Below are positions 25,595 to 35,913 of a DNA stretch of 48,613 nt, in pieces (positions within the stretch are counted from its first letter, which is position 1; each line of letters begins with the position of its first letter). The stretch spans positions 1-48,613 of the forward strand of contig JBHLLU010000031.1 in assembly GCA_048938895.1 (NCBI GenBank). The letters are read 5' to 3'. A program made the translations under genes and the position numbers. Below the pieces are notes generated by a model. That model did no database searches. It worked only from the letters and a program-made list of their open reading frames with translations, and was not told the DNA's origin. The stretch is from Promethearchaeota archaeon (lineage in GTDB: Archaea; Asgardarchaeota; Lokiarchaeia; Sigyniarchaeales; SOKP01).

Positions 25595-27346
25595 TTATTC
25601 GAAATATGCATATTTTAATATAAACTTCCATTGAGCACCTTCAACCGGGATTCCTTTAACGCTTGAAGCCCATACATGCCAGTATATATATGAATGTGTC
25701 CAAACTACAGGATAAAGTTCTTCAACAAGTCTTTTTTGAATATTATAGTAAATTTGTTCTCGAAGGGTTTCATTGGTCTCAATTACTCCCTGTTCGATCC
25801 AAGTATCCAATTGAGAATCACTAAGATTATAATGATTAAACCAGCCATTCGTATGATATAATGGGTTAATCATTTCCACGGGATCGTTGAAAGCAGGACC
25901 CCAACCCACAGACCAAAATTCCATTCCACCATTAATCAATTTTTCCCACCATAATTGTGATGATAAATTTAGAGCTATTACTTTGACTCCAATCTGTTTA
26001 AGATATTCAGCAATCAAACTTGCTTGCAAAATATGAGACTCTCTATCTGCCTCTATTGAAAAATTATATATAGCTAGAGGGGTATCATCATCAACTAATT
26101 TTTCCCATTCATTTCCAGCGCTTATATTATCATTTGCAGTTAAACCAGATGTACCAGACCAACTCGCATTTATTAACGTTTGTCGTGCTATGGTGAGATT
26201 AGTATAGGGTACATTTAGATCCCACCGAGAATATAGCATGCCGTTGGAAAGAGGTGATTTGCATCTTATAGCTTCATTATCTAAAAATATCTTGATAAAA
26301 ATGTCGATATAATCTGAATAATTAAATGCATACGATATTGCCTTTCGCATTTCTAAAGGAAAAAGATCGTAATTCATCGCAATAACAAAGTTAGTGGGAT
26401 GAATATATGAGATTGCTGTTAGATTTGATGTGCTCTTAAGAATCTCCAGACGAGTTGTATCTGAAGTCCTTGAAGTAAAATGTAACCGCCCTGTTAGCAT
26501 TTCAGAAACAATATCCTCATCACTTATATGTTCGAAATGAACAATATCAATTTTTGGTTTTCCCCCCCAATAATTTCTGTTTGCTCGAAGAGTTATATTT
26601 CCGCACAATCCATATGGGTAAACCATATCATACCATTCTAAAACAAAAGGACCGGTTCCAACCATTTTTCCATTGTATCTATCAACAAAATCTTCTTCCG
26701 GCGTGGAAGTTGGCGAAAGGAAAAAAGAAGAAAAAGTAGATAATAACGATCTAAATGGAGCATATACATCATTTAATACAAATCTTACGGTATATTCATC
26801 AAGTACTACTGTTTCATTAATGATGTACCTTCCGTCTGGTAAAAAATACATATAAGCCCAAACCCAAGTATCACCTGAATCTTTATTTTCAATAATCCAA
26901 TGTAATCTCTCGAAATTCCATTTTACAGCCTCGGCATTAAAGGGTGTTTTATCATGAAATTTAACTTTTTCTTTAAGAGGTACAGTTAAATTTAAATCAT
27001 CTGAACTCCACGTACCAAAATCTTTTGCTAAGCATGGAATCATTGGAGTATCTTCTCGGGACTGGTTAAACTCAAATAATCCTTCAATTATTTGAGACCA
27101 TACCCTTCCATTTGGGGTGAAACATAAATCATCAGGATTATATAATGGATCCCAAGAATTCAGAAACCAATCATGAAGACCGCTGTTTAGTACGCTTTCA
27201 GGTTTTTTTTCTTCTCTAAACAAATACATACCTCCAAAAATACCTGATATTGCGAGGGCAGCTATAAAACCGCTAATAATTAATGGTTTCTTTATTTCAG
27301 CGAGTTTCGATAACTTTTTTTTAGTTGAGGCTTTTTCTCCAGTCAT
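25595..27346 (-). CDS. ABC-type peptide/nickel substrate-binding protein (SBP family 5)
   Basis: N-terminal TM; P.LA....WSSD....T..LK..VKFHD.TPFNAEAVKWNFER, GTGPF, RKAISYA and R..IY..IQ. Confidence 0.9.
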   Translation of the reverse strand: MTGEKASTKKKLSKLAEIKKPLIISGFIAALAISGIFGGMYLFREEKKPESVLNSGLHDWFLNSWDPLYNPDDLCFTPNGRVWSQIIEGLFEFNQSREDTPMIPCLAKDFGTWSSDDLNLTVPLKEKVKFHDKTPFNAEAVKWNFERLHWIIENKDSGDTWVWAYMYFLPDGRYIINETVVLDEYTVRFVLNDVYAPFRSLLSTFSSFFLSPTSTPEEDFVDRYNGKMVGTGPFVLEWYDMVYPYGLCGNITLRANRNYWGGKPKIDIVHFEHISDEDIVSEMLTGRLHFTSRTSDTTRLEILKSTSNLTAISYIHPTNFVIAMNYDLFPLEMRKAISYAFNYSDYIDIFIKIFLDNEAIRCKSPLSNGMLYSRWDLNVPYTNLTIARQTLINASWSGTSGLTANDNISAGNEWEKLVDDDTPLAIYNFSIEADRESHILQASLIAEYLKQIGVKVIALNLSSQLWWEKLINGGMEFWSVGWGPAFNDPVEMINPLYHTNGWFNHYNLSDSQLDTWIEQGVIETNETLREQIYYNIQKRLVEELYPVVWTHSYIYWHVWASSVKGIPVEGAQWKFILKYAYFE

Positions 27347-27530
27347 TTTAACCTTCCATCCTTATCAATACTGTCTAAAGAGATAGTTGAAAATTAGATT
27401 TCTTAAATATAGTATAAATTTTAAATTGGATACATTTGTTATTAAAGCTTACGATCAACAATCTTAAATAATGATTGATTTTTATAATAAAAAATCATAT
27501 CAAAATAAATGAAATCGGTAAGTTTTCGAA

Positions 27531-28529
27531 ATGATAAAGAAAAGTGTAATTATCTACATGTTTTCTATTATATTAGGATTTGGCATTCTAATTTTCATCC
27601 CGATTAAAATCATTTCTATTGATCTTTCATCCTATGGCAAGATTGAACAAACTGTTTCCCATATTTATGCGCCAAGCTCACCCACATCTATTCAAGATTT
27701 AAATTTAGATATTGATGTAGGGGATATTAAAGTAGGATATGTATATCCCCCGATCAACTATGTCATTAAAATCGATCTGAGTTTAGAAATGGAGGGTATA
27801 AATTTAACAGGGAAATCAATTTCAGATATCTTTATTTTTACATGGCAAAATACGAGCACTGTTCTTAATTTGACCTTATTCTTGAAGGATAATAATTGGT
27901 TTGACAAATCTTTAGTGTTATCAAAAAATCTTGAAATTATTGTATCCCTTAACGCATTTTACCTATTCAATATAAATACTAATGTGAACTATGAAGGTGG
28001 TTTTGATTTAAAAGTACCTTGGAATCTTTCTCTAAATAATATCGATGTGAATGTAACCGATGGGAATATTCTTTTTGATTTTAACAATTGTATTTTAGAA
28101 GGTAATGTTACTGGGATTGTTAATCATGAAAATGGATATATAGAATTGAAAGCAAATAATATAGAGTTAGCACGTAATAGTTATTGGAATTTGAAAAATT
28201 TGAAGGGGGATATAAAATATAATATTACTCAGGAGAAAGAAATGGGTGCGAATGTAAGTAGTGTTTGTGAAACAGACCTTGGTAAAATAACTGTTTTATA
28301 TAAGGATACTTCTCCTGAAGTTGGTGCTATATTTTATTTTCATGGGACAAACAATCATGAGGGTATTTGGGAAGGTTTTAATGACAGATCTGAAATAGAC
28401 GAGGGAAAATGGTGGCTATCGCGTTTTATTTATGATTCTTTTGATTTTCCAACCAATAGCAATTATAATATCTCACTTTTTAGAAATTTCTATGGTCAGG
28501 ATTATACATTTAATCTACTCAATATGTAG
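27531..28529 (+). CDS. Paralog of 24549-25577 (beta-strand-repeat surface protein)
   Basis: Shared motifs P..I..LNL.I..G...., GNILFD..NCILEGN.TG, YKD.SP..G and SFDFP...NYNISL. Confidence 0.65.
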   Translation: MIKKSVIIYMFSIILGFGILIFIPIKIISIDLSSYGKIEQTVSHIYAPSSPTSIQDLNLDIDVGDIKVGYVYPPINYVIKIDLSLEMEGINLTGKSISDIFIFTWQNTSTVLNLTLFLKDNNWFDKSLVLSKNLEIIVSLNAFYLFNINTNVNYEGGFDLKVPWNLSLNNIDVNVTDGNILFDFNNCILEGNVTGIVNHENGYIELKANNIELARNSYWNLKNLKGDIKYNITQEKEMGANVSSVCETDLGKITVLYKDTSPEVGAIFYFHGTNNHEGIWEGFNDRSEIDEGKWWLSRFIYDSFDFPTNSNYNISLFRNFYGQDYTFNLLNM

Positions 28530-28566
28530 AATTTCTTGGAAATAAAAAAAAATATGAAATTAAGAA

Positions 28567-30270
28567 TTAAGTGAAATACCATTCATTCCAGTTCATCCCA
28601 TAATTATTATACTGATTATATCCCTCTATTCTTGTTGAAATAGGAATAAAACCTTCTGTTGTATACCACCAAATTACAGGATAGAGATCTTCTATCATAT
28701 ATCTTTGTATTTCATAATAAATCTGTTCCCGTACAGATTCATTTGTTTCAACCATTCCATCGTCTATTAATTGTTCTAAATATATATCTTGAACTTGACC
28801 ATAATTTTGAAATGTCACAAAATTTGGTAAGAGATTATTATGAGGATCATTATAATCAGGAACCCAACCATAAAGTATGAATTGATCAGTTGTAAGTGTA
28901 TCCCAATAATCAGGTCCTGTTTTGCCAACAGTAGTAACATTTATTCCTATTTGCGTGAGGTTATTTTGGAATAAAAGTGCGATTTCCTTTCGAAATTGTA
29001 CTCCAACAATATAAGAGAAATTATAGTTATCCAAAGGTGTTTTGCTTTTTGCCTTTAATTCCCATTCATTACCCGTACTAACATTATCATTTGCTGTTAA
29101 ATTCTCTGTACCGGGCCAATTTGCATCTTTCAGGAATTGCCTTGACTTTGCAATATTATAAACTGGTACTTCAAAATCCTCCCAATTAGAATAAAGCATC
29201 CCCTTTGAGAGAGGTGACTTACAACGAACTGCCGAAGTCGCTGATCCTGTGAAATTTAATCCATAAGGAACTAGTTTATCATAATCAAGAGCGTAAGAAA
29301 TTGCTTTCCTCATTGTAGAGTTAATTACACTATTATTCATTGTTATAAAGTTGACTTCGGGATTGACCTTTTCCAATATATTAATTCCAGTTTTGTTTTC
29401 AAATTCAACTTTAGGGAATCCAGACATAATTACATCGATTTCCCCAGATAGCATTGCTTCTTTTAATTCGTCATCATCATGGTAAGTTTTTATAATTATT
29501 TTGTCAAAAGATGGTCCAATTCCGTAATAATCATGATTAGCTGTTAAAGTTGTATTGTGCCATATATATTCCTCCAATACTGGATCCCAGCTACGAACAG
29601 TTGATTCATGTTTAAAAGGCCCGGTTCCAACAAGGTTTCCCGAGTCAAAATATGTGAAGTTATCAAAAGGAGTTGAACTAGGTGATACCATATTGGGTCC
29701 ACGAGCCAGTAAGGATATAAATGGCACGAAAGGTCTGGTTAAGACAAACCTTATCGTATAATCATCAATGACAACTGTTCTGTTAAGAATTGGAGTCCAA
29801 CCTGGATGAAACCACAAATACCATCCAGGTGTGCTAAAGAGAAGATTATCAAGCCTATCAAAATTCCATTTTACTGCTGTAGCGTTAAAAGGCGTACCAT
29901 CATGAAATTTCACTCCCCTTCTGAGGTTACAAGTGAAATTTAACCCATCATCACTCCAATCCCCATCTAGGGCCAGACAAGAGACTATGCTTGATCCTTC
30001 ACTGGTGAATTCATATTGAAATAATGGATCTACAATATTTTCCAATATAGCATAAACTTCAAAATTACCAAATAACATTGGATCAAGAACATACAAACCT
30101 CCATGAGTTCCATAAATAAGAACCTTTTCTTTTCCTTCAGTAGTTAACAAAAATATACCGCCAATAATTCCTGCGATTGCTACACTTGCAACCATTCCTC
30201 CGCCAATTAGAGGTTTTTTTAATTCTTTAAGTGATTTCTTAATTCTTTTTTTAGGTTCGTTCTCATTCAT
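28567..30270 (-). CDS. ABC-type substrate-binding protein (SBP family 5), paralog of 25595-27346
   Basis: LRRGVKFHDGTPFNATAVKWNFDR, GTGPF, RKAISYA, RCKSPLS.GMLYS and GW.PDYNDP. Confidence 0.9.
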   Translation of the reverse strand: MNENEPKKRIKKSLKELKKPLIGGGMVASVAIAGIIGGIFLLTTEGKEKVLIYGTHGGLYVLDPMLFGNFEVYAILENIVDPLFQYEFTSEGSSIVSCLALDGDWSDDGLNFTCNLRRGVKFHDGTPFNATAVKWNFDRLDNLLFSTPGWYLWFHPGWTPILNRTVVIDDYTIRFVLTRPFVPFISLLARGPNMVSPSSTPFDNFTYFDSGNLVGTGPFKHESTVRSWDPVLEEYIWHNTTLTANHDYYGIGPSFDKIIIKTYHDDDELKEAMLSGEIDVIMSGFPKVEFENKTGINILEKVNPEVNFITMNNSVINSTMRKAISYALDYDKLVPYGLNFTGSATSAVRCKSPLSKGMLYSNWEDFEVPVYNIAKSRQFLKDANWPGTENLTANDNVSTGNEWELKAKSKTPLDNYNFSYIVGVQFRKEIALLFQNNLTQIGINVTTVGKTGPDYWDTLTTDQFILYGWVPDYNDPHNNLLPNFVTFQNYGQVQDIYLEQLIDDGMVETNESVREQIYYEIQRYMIEDLYPVIWWYTTEGFIPISTRIEGYNQYNNYGMNWNEWYFT

Positions 30271-30397
30271 TCTATATACCTTTCAAAATTTTGAAATTTG
30301 ATAATTAAGCAATTGAGATTTCAAATTTTGTTATAATTTACTAATTAAACAGTTGAATTATTAAACTTTTCTAAAAATGGAGAAAAACCATATAAAT

Positions 30398-30943
30398 CTA
30401 CATAGTCAGAGTTTTTTCATATAATCTTTCAATAATTGCATTAAATGCTTCATGAACTCCTTTACCTGTTTTAGCAGAAGTTATATAATAATCAAGAAAA
30501 CCAAGATCTTGAATAACGTTATTAATAGGTGAATGATCTAAAGAATCTTCATCAATCAAATCAACCTTATTTGCAAAAAGAACGATTGGGACTTTACCAC
30601 AGAATTGAATTACCTCCTGATTCCAGTTGTTAATATTTTTAAAACTTAATTCACCTAATTGATTTTCTTCAAGGCTATACACTATAATAGCAGCATTGGT
30701 ATCCCTATAAAAAGAGGGGCGTAAAAAATCAAAATCTCTTTGTCCTGCAATATCCCAGAATAGTAATCTAATATTATCTCCATTAATATCTTTATCATAC
30801 TTAGAAAATTGAGCACCGATGGTCTCAACATAATCCGTTTCAAAAGTGCCTAAAGTATATTTAGAAATTAGGGATGTCTTCCCAACCCTTACATCCCCTA
30901 CGACTGTAATTTTATATCTTAATTTCCTTCCGGGGGCACTCAT
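30398..30943 (-). CDS. Rab-like small GTPase
   Basis: GDVRVGKTS, TIG, WDIAGQ, NKVD and TSAK; no C-terminal prenylation Cys. Confidence 0.95.
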   Translation of the reverse strand: MSAPGRKLRYKITVVGDVRVGKTSLISKYTLGTFETDYVETIGAQFSKYDKDINGDNIRLLFWDIAGQRDFDFLRPSFYRDTNAAIIVYSLEENQLGELSFKNINNWNQEVIQFCGKVPIVLFANKVDLIDEDSLDHSPINNVIQDLGFLDYYITSAKTGKGVHEAFNAIIERLYEKTLTM

Positions 30944-31037
30944 AAAATAGAAGAAATATGAGAGGATGATATTTACAATATGATTAGATTTTCAACAATA
31001 TAAAATTTTGTAAGAAGAATAATAATAACCTAATTGA

Positions 31038-31745
31038 TTATTTAAGGACAAAATACATTCTTCGGTTGTTTTTTCCCTTGTTTACTGTTTTAGTGAGCTC
31101 GATCGTTCCAATTTCATTTAGATGTTTAACATGGGTTCCCCCATCCACTTGTTTGTCAATATCTCCAATGTTAACAATACGAAATTCTTCTATATTTTCA
31201 GGTAATCCGACAGCTAATCGAGCTAATTCTGGTTTTCCTAACACTATTTCCTTTTTCATGTATTCCACGGTGATAGGGATATCTTGCTCTATGATTTCAT
31301 TAGCTTCATCAATATAAGCTTTTAATTTTTCTGGTGAATAATCTATCATCGAAAAGTCCATTCTTGTTTTATCCATCTCAATCTGATTACCAGTGATCTT
31401 TGCGTCAGCTCGATTATAAAGTATGTTTGAAATAAGGTGAGAAGCAGTATGATAACGCATAAAAGTGTATCTTCGATCCCAATCAAGCTCACAACGCACC
31501 ACATCACCCTCTTTTAAACCAGATTTATCAACTTCGTGGCTAATTTGCCCTGAGAATTTACCCGTATAAACAACTTTAAATTTTTCATTATTTCTTATGA
31601 TGTATCCCTCATCCCAAGGTTGCCCACCCCCCTTAGGATAAAATGCAGTATTATCCAAAATAATAAATTTCACGTCATTCACTTTGGTGACTTTAGCATC
31701 CCATTTTTGAAGATAGGAATCATCCATATATAACGCTCTTACCAT
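31038..31745 (-). CDS. alaXM: Alanyl-tRNA editing protein AlaX-M
   Basis: LY..DSYL, FYPKGGGQP.D.G, DW.RRY..MRYHTASH and DGGTHV. Confidence 0.92.
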   Translation of the reverse strand: MVRALYMDDSYLQKWDAKVTKVNDVKFIILDNTAFYPKGGGQPWDEGYIIRNNEKFKVVYTGKFSGQISHEVDKSGLKEGDVVRCELDWDRRYTFMRYHTASHLISNILYNRADAKITGNQIEMDKTRMDFSMIDYSPEKLKAYIDEANEIIEQDIPITVEYMKKEIVLGKPELARLAVGLPENIEEFRIVNIGDIDKQVDGGTHVKHLNEIGTIELTKTVNKGKNNRRMYFVLK

Positions 31746-31783
31746 AATGAGAAATAAAATTCAAAAGTTTAAAATTTTAACCT

Positions 31784-31942
31784 TTAGTCATTTTCATGAA
31801 TCTCTGAAGGTTTAACTCCGTCGAATAATTCAAGTTTTAAGAATTTCTTTTCTTTATTGCAATTGGGACAGAAATATATACCAGGTTCTCGATTCTTAAA
31901 ACTATAACCACAATCCTTATCCACAGCGTAAAACAAATTCAT
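31784..31942 (-). CDS. Small Zn-ribbon protein (52 aa, below the ORF-track cutoff)
   Basis: ATG 31942 to TAA 31784: MNLFYAVDKDCGYSFKNREPGIYFCPNCNKEKKFLKLELFDGVKPSEIHEND (DxxC...CPxC knuckles). Confidence 0.65.
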   Translation of the reverse strand: MNLFYAVDKDCGYSFKNREPGIYFCPNCNKEKKFLKLELFDGVKPSEIHEND

Positions 31943-32117
31943 ATAATAAAAATAATTAAGGATTGTTATTTAACTTATCTCATGATGTTCATTTTAACAA
32001 TTAATATGATTTTTATAAAGAAAATAAATAAATTAAAAGTCTTGTATAATTAATTTATATCTAACTAATGATTTATCATTCACATTATATTTTAAATCAT
32101 CAAGTAATGCGATTCTA

Positions 32118-33155
32118 ATGAAATCTGTTGAATGGGCAGGAAGTAAATTCGAAGTTATAAATGGCTTCCTTGATTTGGGACTATTAGAAATCAAAAATAT
32201 AGAAGAAATAATTGGATTAGACAAAATTAAAGGTCTAAAACACCTTGAGCTTAGCTCGAATAATATCGTTGTAATAAGAGGACTTGGTGGTTTAAACGAA
32301 CTAGAGATTTTAAATCTAGGGGGTAATGAAATAAGGGAAATCAAGGGATTAGATGATCTCGAGAATCTTGAGATTTTACATCTGGTAAGTAATCAAGTTA
32401 AAGATATAAGTGGATTAGATAATCTCTCCAATTTAAAGGAGCTATACCTTAGAGGTAATCAAATCGAAGAATTGAAGGGTTTAGAAAACCTAACTTCTCT
32501 TAAGAGATTAGACTTATCTTGGAACAATATTGCATCTATCCAAGGTCTTGATAGCCTTAGTAATCTGGAAGTTTTATGGATTGCTGGAAATCAACTACAA
32601 AAAATTAGAAATCTAGAAAATCAAAAGAACCTTGAAGTATTGAATATAGCAGGAAATCAGATAACAAGTATTGAAGGCTTGGAAAATTTAAAGAATTTAA
32701 AGAGTCTCTATATCAACAACAATAATATTAAAGAGATAAATGGACTGGATGAACTGCAAAACCTAGAAACTCTTTGGTTAAATTCTAACCTGATTTCAGA
32801 AATTAAGGGATTGGATCATTGTTATAACTTGAAGATTTTAAATTTAAAGCAAAATCAGATAAATCATATTAAAGGGTTATATTCCTTAACAAATTTAGAA
32901 AGTCTATTTCTTTCAGAAAACAGCATAGGAGAAATTAAGGGTCTTGAACCTTTGATAAAGTTAGAAACACTAGATTTGAGTCAAAATAAAATAATTCAAA
33001 TTAAAGGGCTGGAGTCATTAACAAACTTAAAAGATTTATGGATCGCTGACAATGTAATTCCTCAAAAAATAATTGATGAATTGGGTGGTCTTGATTCAGG
33101 AGGATGTGCAAATAATCCTCTTAAATTTGTTCAATACTGTCTAGTGAACCTTTAA
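32118..33155 (+). CDS. Leucine-rich repeat protein, SDS22-like
   Basis: About 13 regular 22-aa repeats of L..L..L.L..N.I..I.GL. Confidence 0.95.
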   Translation: MKSVEWAGSKFEVINGFLDLGLLEIKNIEEIIGLDKIKGLKHLELSSNNIVVIRGLGGLNELEILNLGGNEIREIKGLDDLENLEILHLVSNQVKDISGLDNLSNLKELYLRGNQIEELKGLENLTSLKRLDLSWNNIASIQGLDSLSNLEVLWIAGNQLQKIRNLENQKNLEVLNIAGNQITSIEGLENLKNLKSLYINNNNIKEINGLDELQNLETLWLNSNLISEIKGLDHCYNLKILNLKQNQINHIKGLYSLTNLESLFLSENSIGEIKGLEPLIKLETLDLSQNKIIQIKGLESLTNLKDLWIADNVIPQKIIDELGGLDSGGCANNPLKFVQYCLVNL

Positions 33156-33197
33156 TATTTTAATTTATAAAATAAGACAAGTTTTAATAAATTTTCT

Positions 33198-34472
33198 TCA
33201 CTTAGGGGCAACTTTAAAAGCCCACTCTCCATTTTTCATGATTGGTTCAATGCTCCCATCTTTTAAAAATCCATTAACATTTACCTTTTTCGATCCGATC
33301 ATAAAATCCATATGAAGAATGCTAGTATTTCCCCCAATTTTATGGAATTCCTCATCAGACATATTTTCACCATTCTTAACATTAAATTTATAGGCTGTTC
33401 CCAAAGCTAGATGAATAGAAGCGTTCTCATCTATAAGCCTATTAAAGAAAAGTAACTCTGATCGTGAAATAGGGGAGCTATGGGGAACTAGAGCAATTTC
33501 ACCCAGATATTTTGCACCTTCATCATAGTTAAGTAAACCTTCTAAAATCTCTTTACCTTTTGTTGCATATATCTCTGTAACTTTGCCATTAGAAAAAGTA
33601 AAGGAAAAATCTTCTATAATAGTACCAGCTTCATATATTGGTTTGGTTCCCCTAACAGTACCTTCTGTCCTGTTTTTATCTGGTGTTGTAAATATTTCCT
33701 CGGTTGGTAAATTAGGTACAAATTCAATCCCATTTTGACTTATTGAACTTCCTCCCATCCAAATATGATTTTTAATTAACCCTATTGTTAAATCTGTTCC
33801 AGGTCCCACTATCTTAAGTGAATCGTATTGTCTTTTATTTAAAAATTCACATCGAGCTTTCAAATTGTTAATATGCGTTTTCCAAGAAGAAACAGGATCT
33901 TTTTGTTTTATATGACAGATTTCAAATATCACATCCCACAACTTTTTTTCTCCCTCATTTGATGTTATACCCTGAAAAATGCTATCAGCCCAACCGTTAA
34001 CAGGTGCGGCTACTAAACACCAGTTCAATGTATTCTTAACTATTGATTCCATAACTGGTTTAAAGCTGCTATGCATAGCTTGACTCAAAATCATAAGTGA
34101 ATTAGGATCTTGATCTACAAATAATTTAGGATCTTGTGCCGCGATTGCTAAAACTGCGTCTCCATTATTAGCATATTCTAGTGCAGCTTCCATTCGCCAT
34201 ACCGGCACTTCTCCAAAAGAGTCTTTTGGGGCATTTTCTAATCTAATTAAATTTATTTGAGAGTCATTCCACATAACTTCTACAAATTTTGCTCCCAATT
34301 GATATGCTTTCTTTACGATCTTGCGAACAAATGGAGCTAGTTCAAGGGGTGTTCCTGCGTTAATTGGATTAACAACTCCTATTAATAATCTTTGTCCTTT
34401 TCGTAAATTTAATCCAACTTTTAAAATCACATCTATATATTTATCCAAATTTTGTTCAAATTCATTAGACAT
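33198..34472 (-). CDS. ampS: Aminopeptidase, M29 family (AmpS/aminopeptidase T)
   Basis: PNLPTEEIFTTP, LGEIALVP..SPIS, DENASIHLALG.AY and N.S..H.DFMIG. Confidence 0.93.
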   Translation of the reverse strand: MSNEFEQNLDKYIDVILKVGLNLRKGQRLLIGVVNPINAGTPLELAPFVRKIVKKAYQLGAKFVEVMWNDSQINLIRLENAPKDSFGEVPVWRMEAALEYANNGDAVLAIAAQDPKLFVDQDPNSLMILSQAMHSSFKPVMESIVKNTLNWCLVAAPVNGWADSIFQGITSNEGEKKLWDVIFEICHIKQKDPVSSWKTHINNLKARCEFLNKRQYDSLKIVGPGTDLTIGLIKNHIWMGGSSISQNGIEFVPNLPTEEIFTTPDKNRTEGTVRGTKPIYEAGTIIEDFSFTFSNGKVTEIYATKGKEILEGLLNYDEGAKYLGEIALVPHSSPISRSELLFFNRLIDENASIHLALGTAYKFNVKNGENMSDEEFHKIGGNTSILHMDFMIGSKKVNVNGFLKDGSIEPIMKNGEWAFKVAPK

Positions 34473-34622
34473 AATATTTCAAACTTCTAATCTAAATATT
34501 GAACGAATCTAACACTTAATTTCATTTAAATTTTCCTTATGAAAAATTTTTTTAAAAAAAAATATATTTTGCAGATGTATTAATAAGATCAATTTCAAAT
34601 TATTATTCCGAAGTTAATTGAA

Positions 34623-35876
34623 TTGAAAAATATCAATCCTTTTGAAAGTGCGAAAAAGAAACTTGATATCGCAGCAGAAGTTATTGACTTAGCACCTAAT
34701 ACGTTAGAATATTTAAAAAAAGTGGAACGTTCTTTAATAGTTTCTATGCCTGTAATAATGGATGATGGCAGACTTGAAATATTTGAAGGATACAGAGTCC
34801 ATCATTCAACTATGCGAGGACCTGCAAAAGGCGGTTTAAGATATTCTCCTCTTGTCACTTTAGATGAAATGAAAGCATTAGCTTTTTTGATGACCTTTAA
34901 AACAAGTCTTTTAGGATTACCTTTAGGTGGTTCAAAAGGTGGTATTCAAGTGGATATTAAGAAATTATCTCAGGATGAACTACGAAGGCTAACAAGAAGA
35001 TATACTTCAGAAATTATTAATATGATTGGGCCAGATATTGACATCCTAGCTCCAGATATGAACACAGATGAGCAAGTTATGGCCTGGATAATGGATACAT
35101 ATTCAATGAATAAGGGTAGATCTATTCCTGGTGTAGTAACAGGGAAACCTATTGAGATTGGGGGAACTGTTGGACGTACAGAAGCTCCTGGAACTGGAAT
35201 GTATTATATACTCGAAAGCTTGTATGAAAGGCAGAATCTCAAGCTAACTTCAAGTAAAGTTGCTGTTCAGGGATTTGGAAAAGTTGGAGGGGTAGTTGCT
35301 CAGATATTAAACGATTTAGGTTGTAAAGTAATTGCTGTATCTGATTCAGAAGGAGGAATTTATTCCGAAAATGGATTAAACATTAATAAATTGATAAGTT
35401 GGAAGCAGCAAGGAAATCCACTGAAGAATTACAAAAAAAATAATATTAAGATCATTTCAAATGAAGAATTACTTAGCACTAAATGTGATATTTTAGTACC
35501 CGCAGCAACAGAAAATCAGATTTTTAGTGGAAATGCTGATGAGATTCAATGTAAAATAATATTAGAAGGTGCTAACAGCCCTACAACTTCACAGGCGGAT
35601 GTTATATTAAATGAAAAAGGTATAATTGTGATTCCAGATATAATGGCAAATGCAGGTGGTGTCTGTGTTTCATATTTTGAATATGTTCAAGATATCCATT
35701 CATATTTCTGGAATTTAGAAAGAGTGAATAGGGAAATGAAAAGAATTTTACTTAGAGCTTTTGAATATGTTCTTAATCTATCGAGTGAAAAGGATATATC
35801 TTATCGAACTGCGGCATATGCTATTGGAGCAGAGAGATTAGCAAGAGCACACGAATTAAGGGGGTTATTTCCATGA
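34623..35876 (+). CDS. gdhA: Glu/Leu/Phe/Val dehydrogenase (glutamate dehydrogenase-like), copy 1
   Basis: GPAKGGLR, MTFK, GGSKGG, APDMNT, QGFGKVG and PDIMANAGGV.VSYFE. Confidence 0.92.
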   Translation: MKNINPFESAKKKLDIAAEVIDLAPNTLEYLKKVERSLIVSMPVIMDDGRLEIFEGYRVHHSTMRGPAKGGLRYSPLVTLDEMKALAFLMTFKTSLLGLPLGGSKGGIQVDIKKLSQDELRRLTRRYTSEIINMIGPDIDILAPDMNTDEQVMAWIMDTYSMNKGRSIPGVVTGKPIEIGGTVGRTEAPGTGMYYILESLYERQNLKLTSSKVAVQGFGKVGGVVAQILNDLGCKVIAVSDSEGGIYSENGLNINKLISWKQQGNPLKNYKKNNIKIISNEELLSTKCDILVPAATENQIFSGNADEIQCKIILEGANSPTTSQADVILNEKGIIVIPDIMANAGGVCVSYFEYVQDIHSYFWNLERVNREMKRILLRAFEYVLNLSSEKDISYRTAAYAIGAERLARAHELRGLFP

Positions 35877-35913
35877 GAAATTCAAAGTTTATAAAAAGAA
35901 GAGGTGAAGAATT

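Noticed and set aside
32118-33155. 66-nt periodicity suggesting a DNA repeat array or DGR target
   Set aside because: Explained by 22-aa LRR coding repeats; no reverse transcriptase or template/variable repeat pair was seen.
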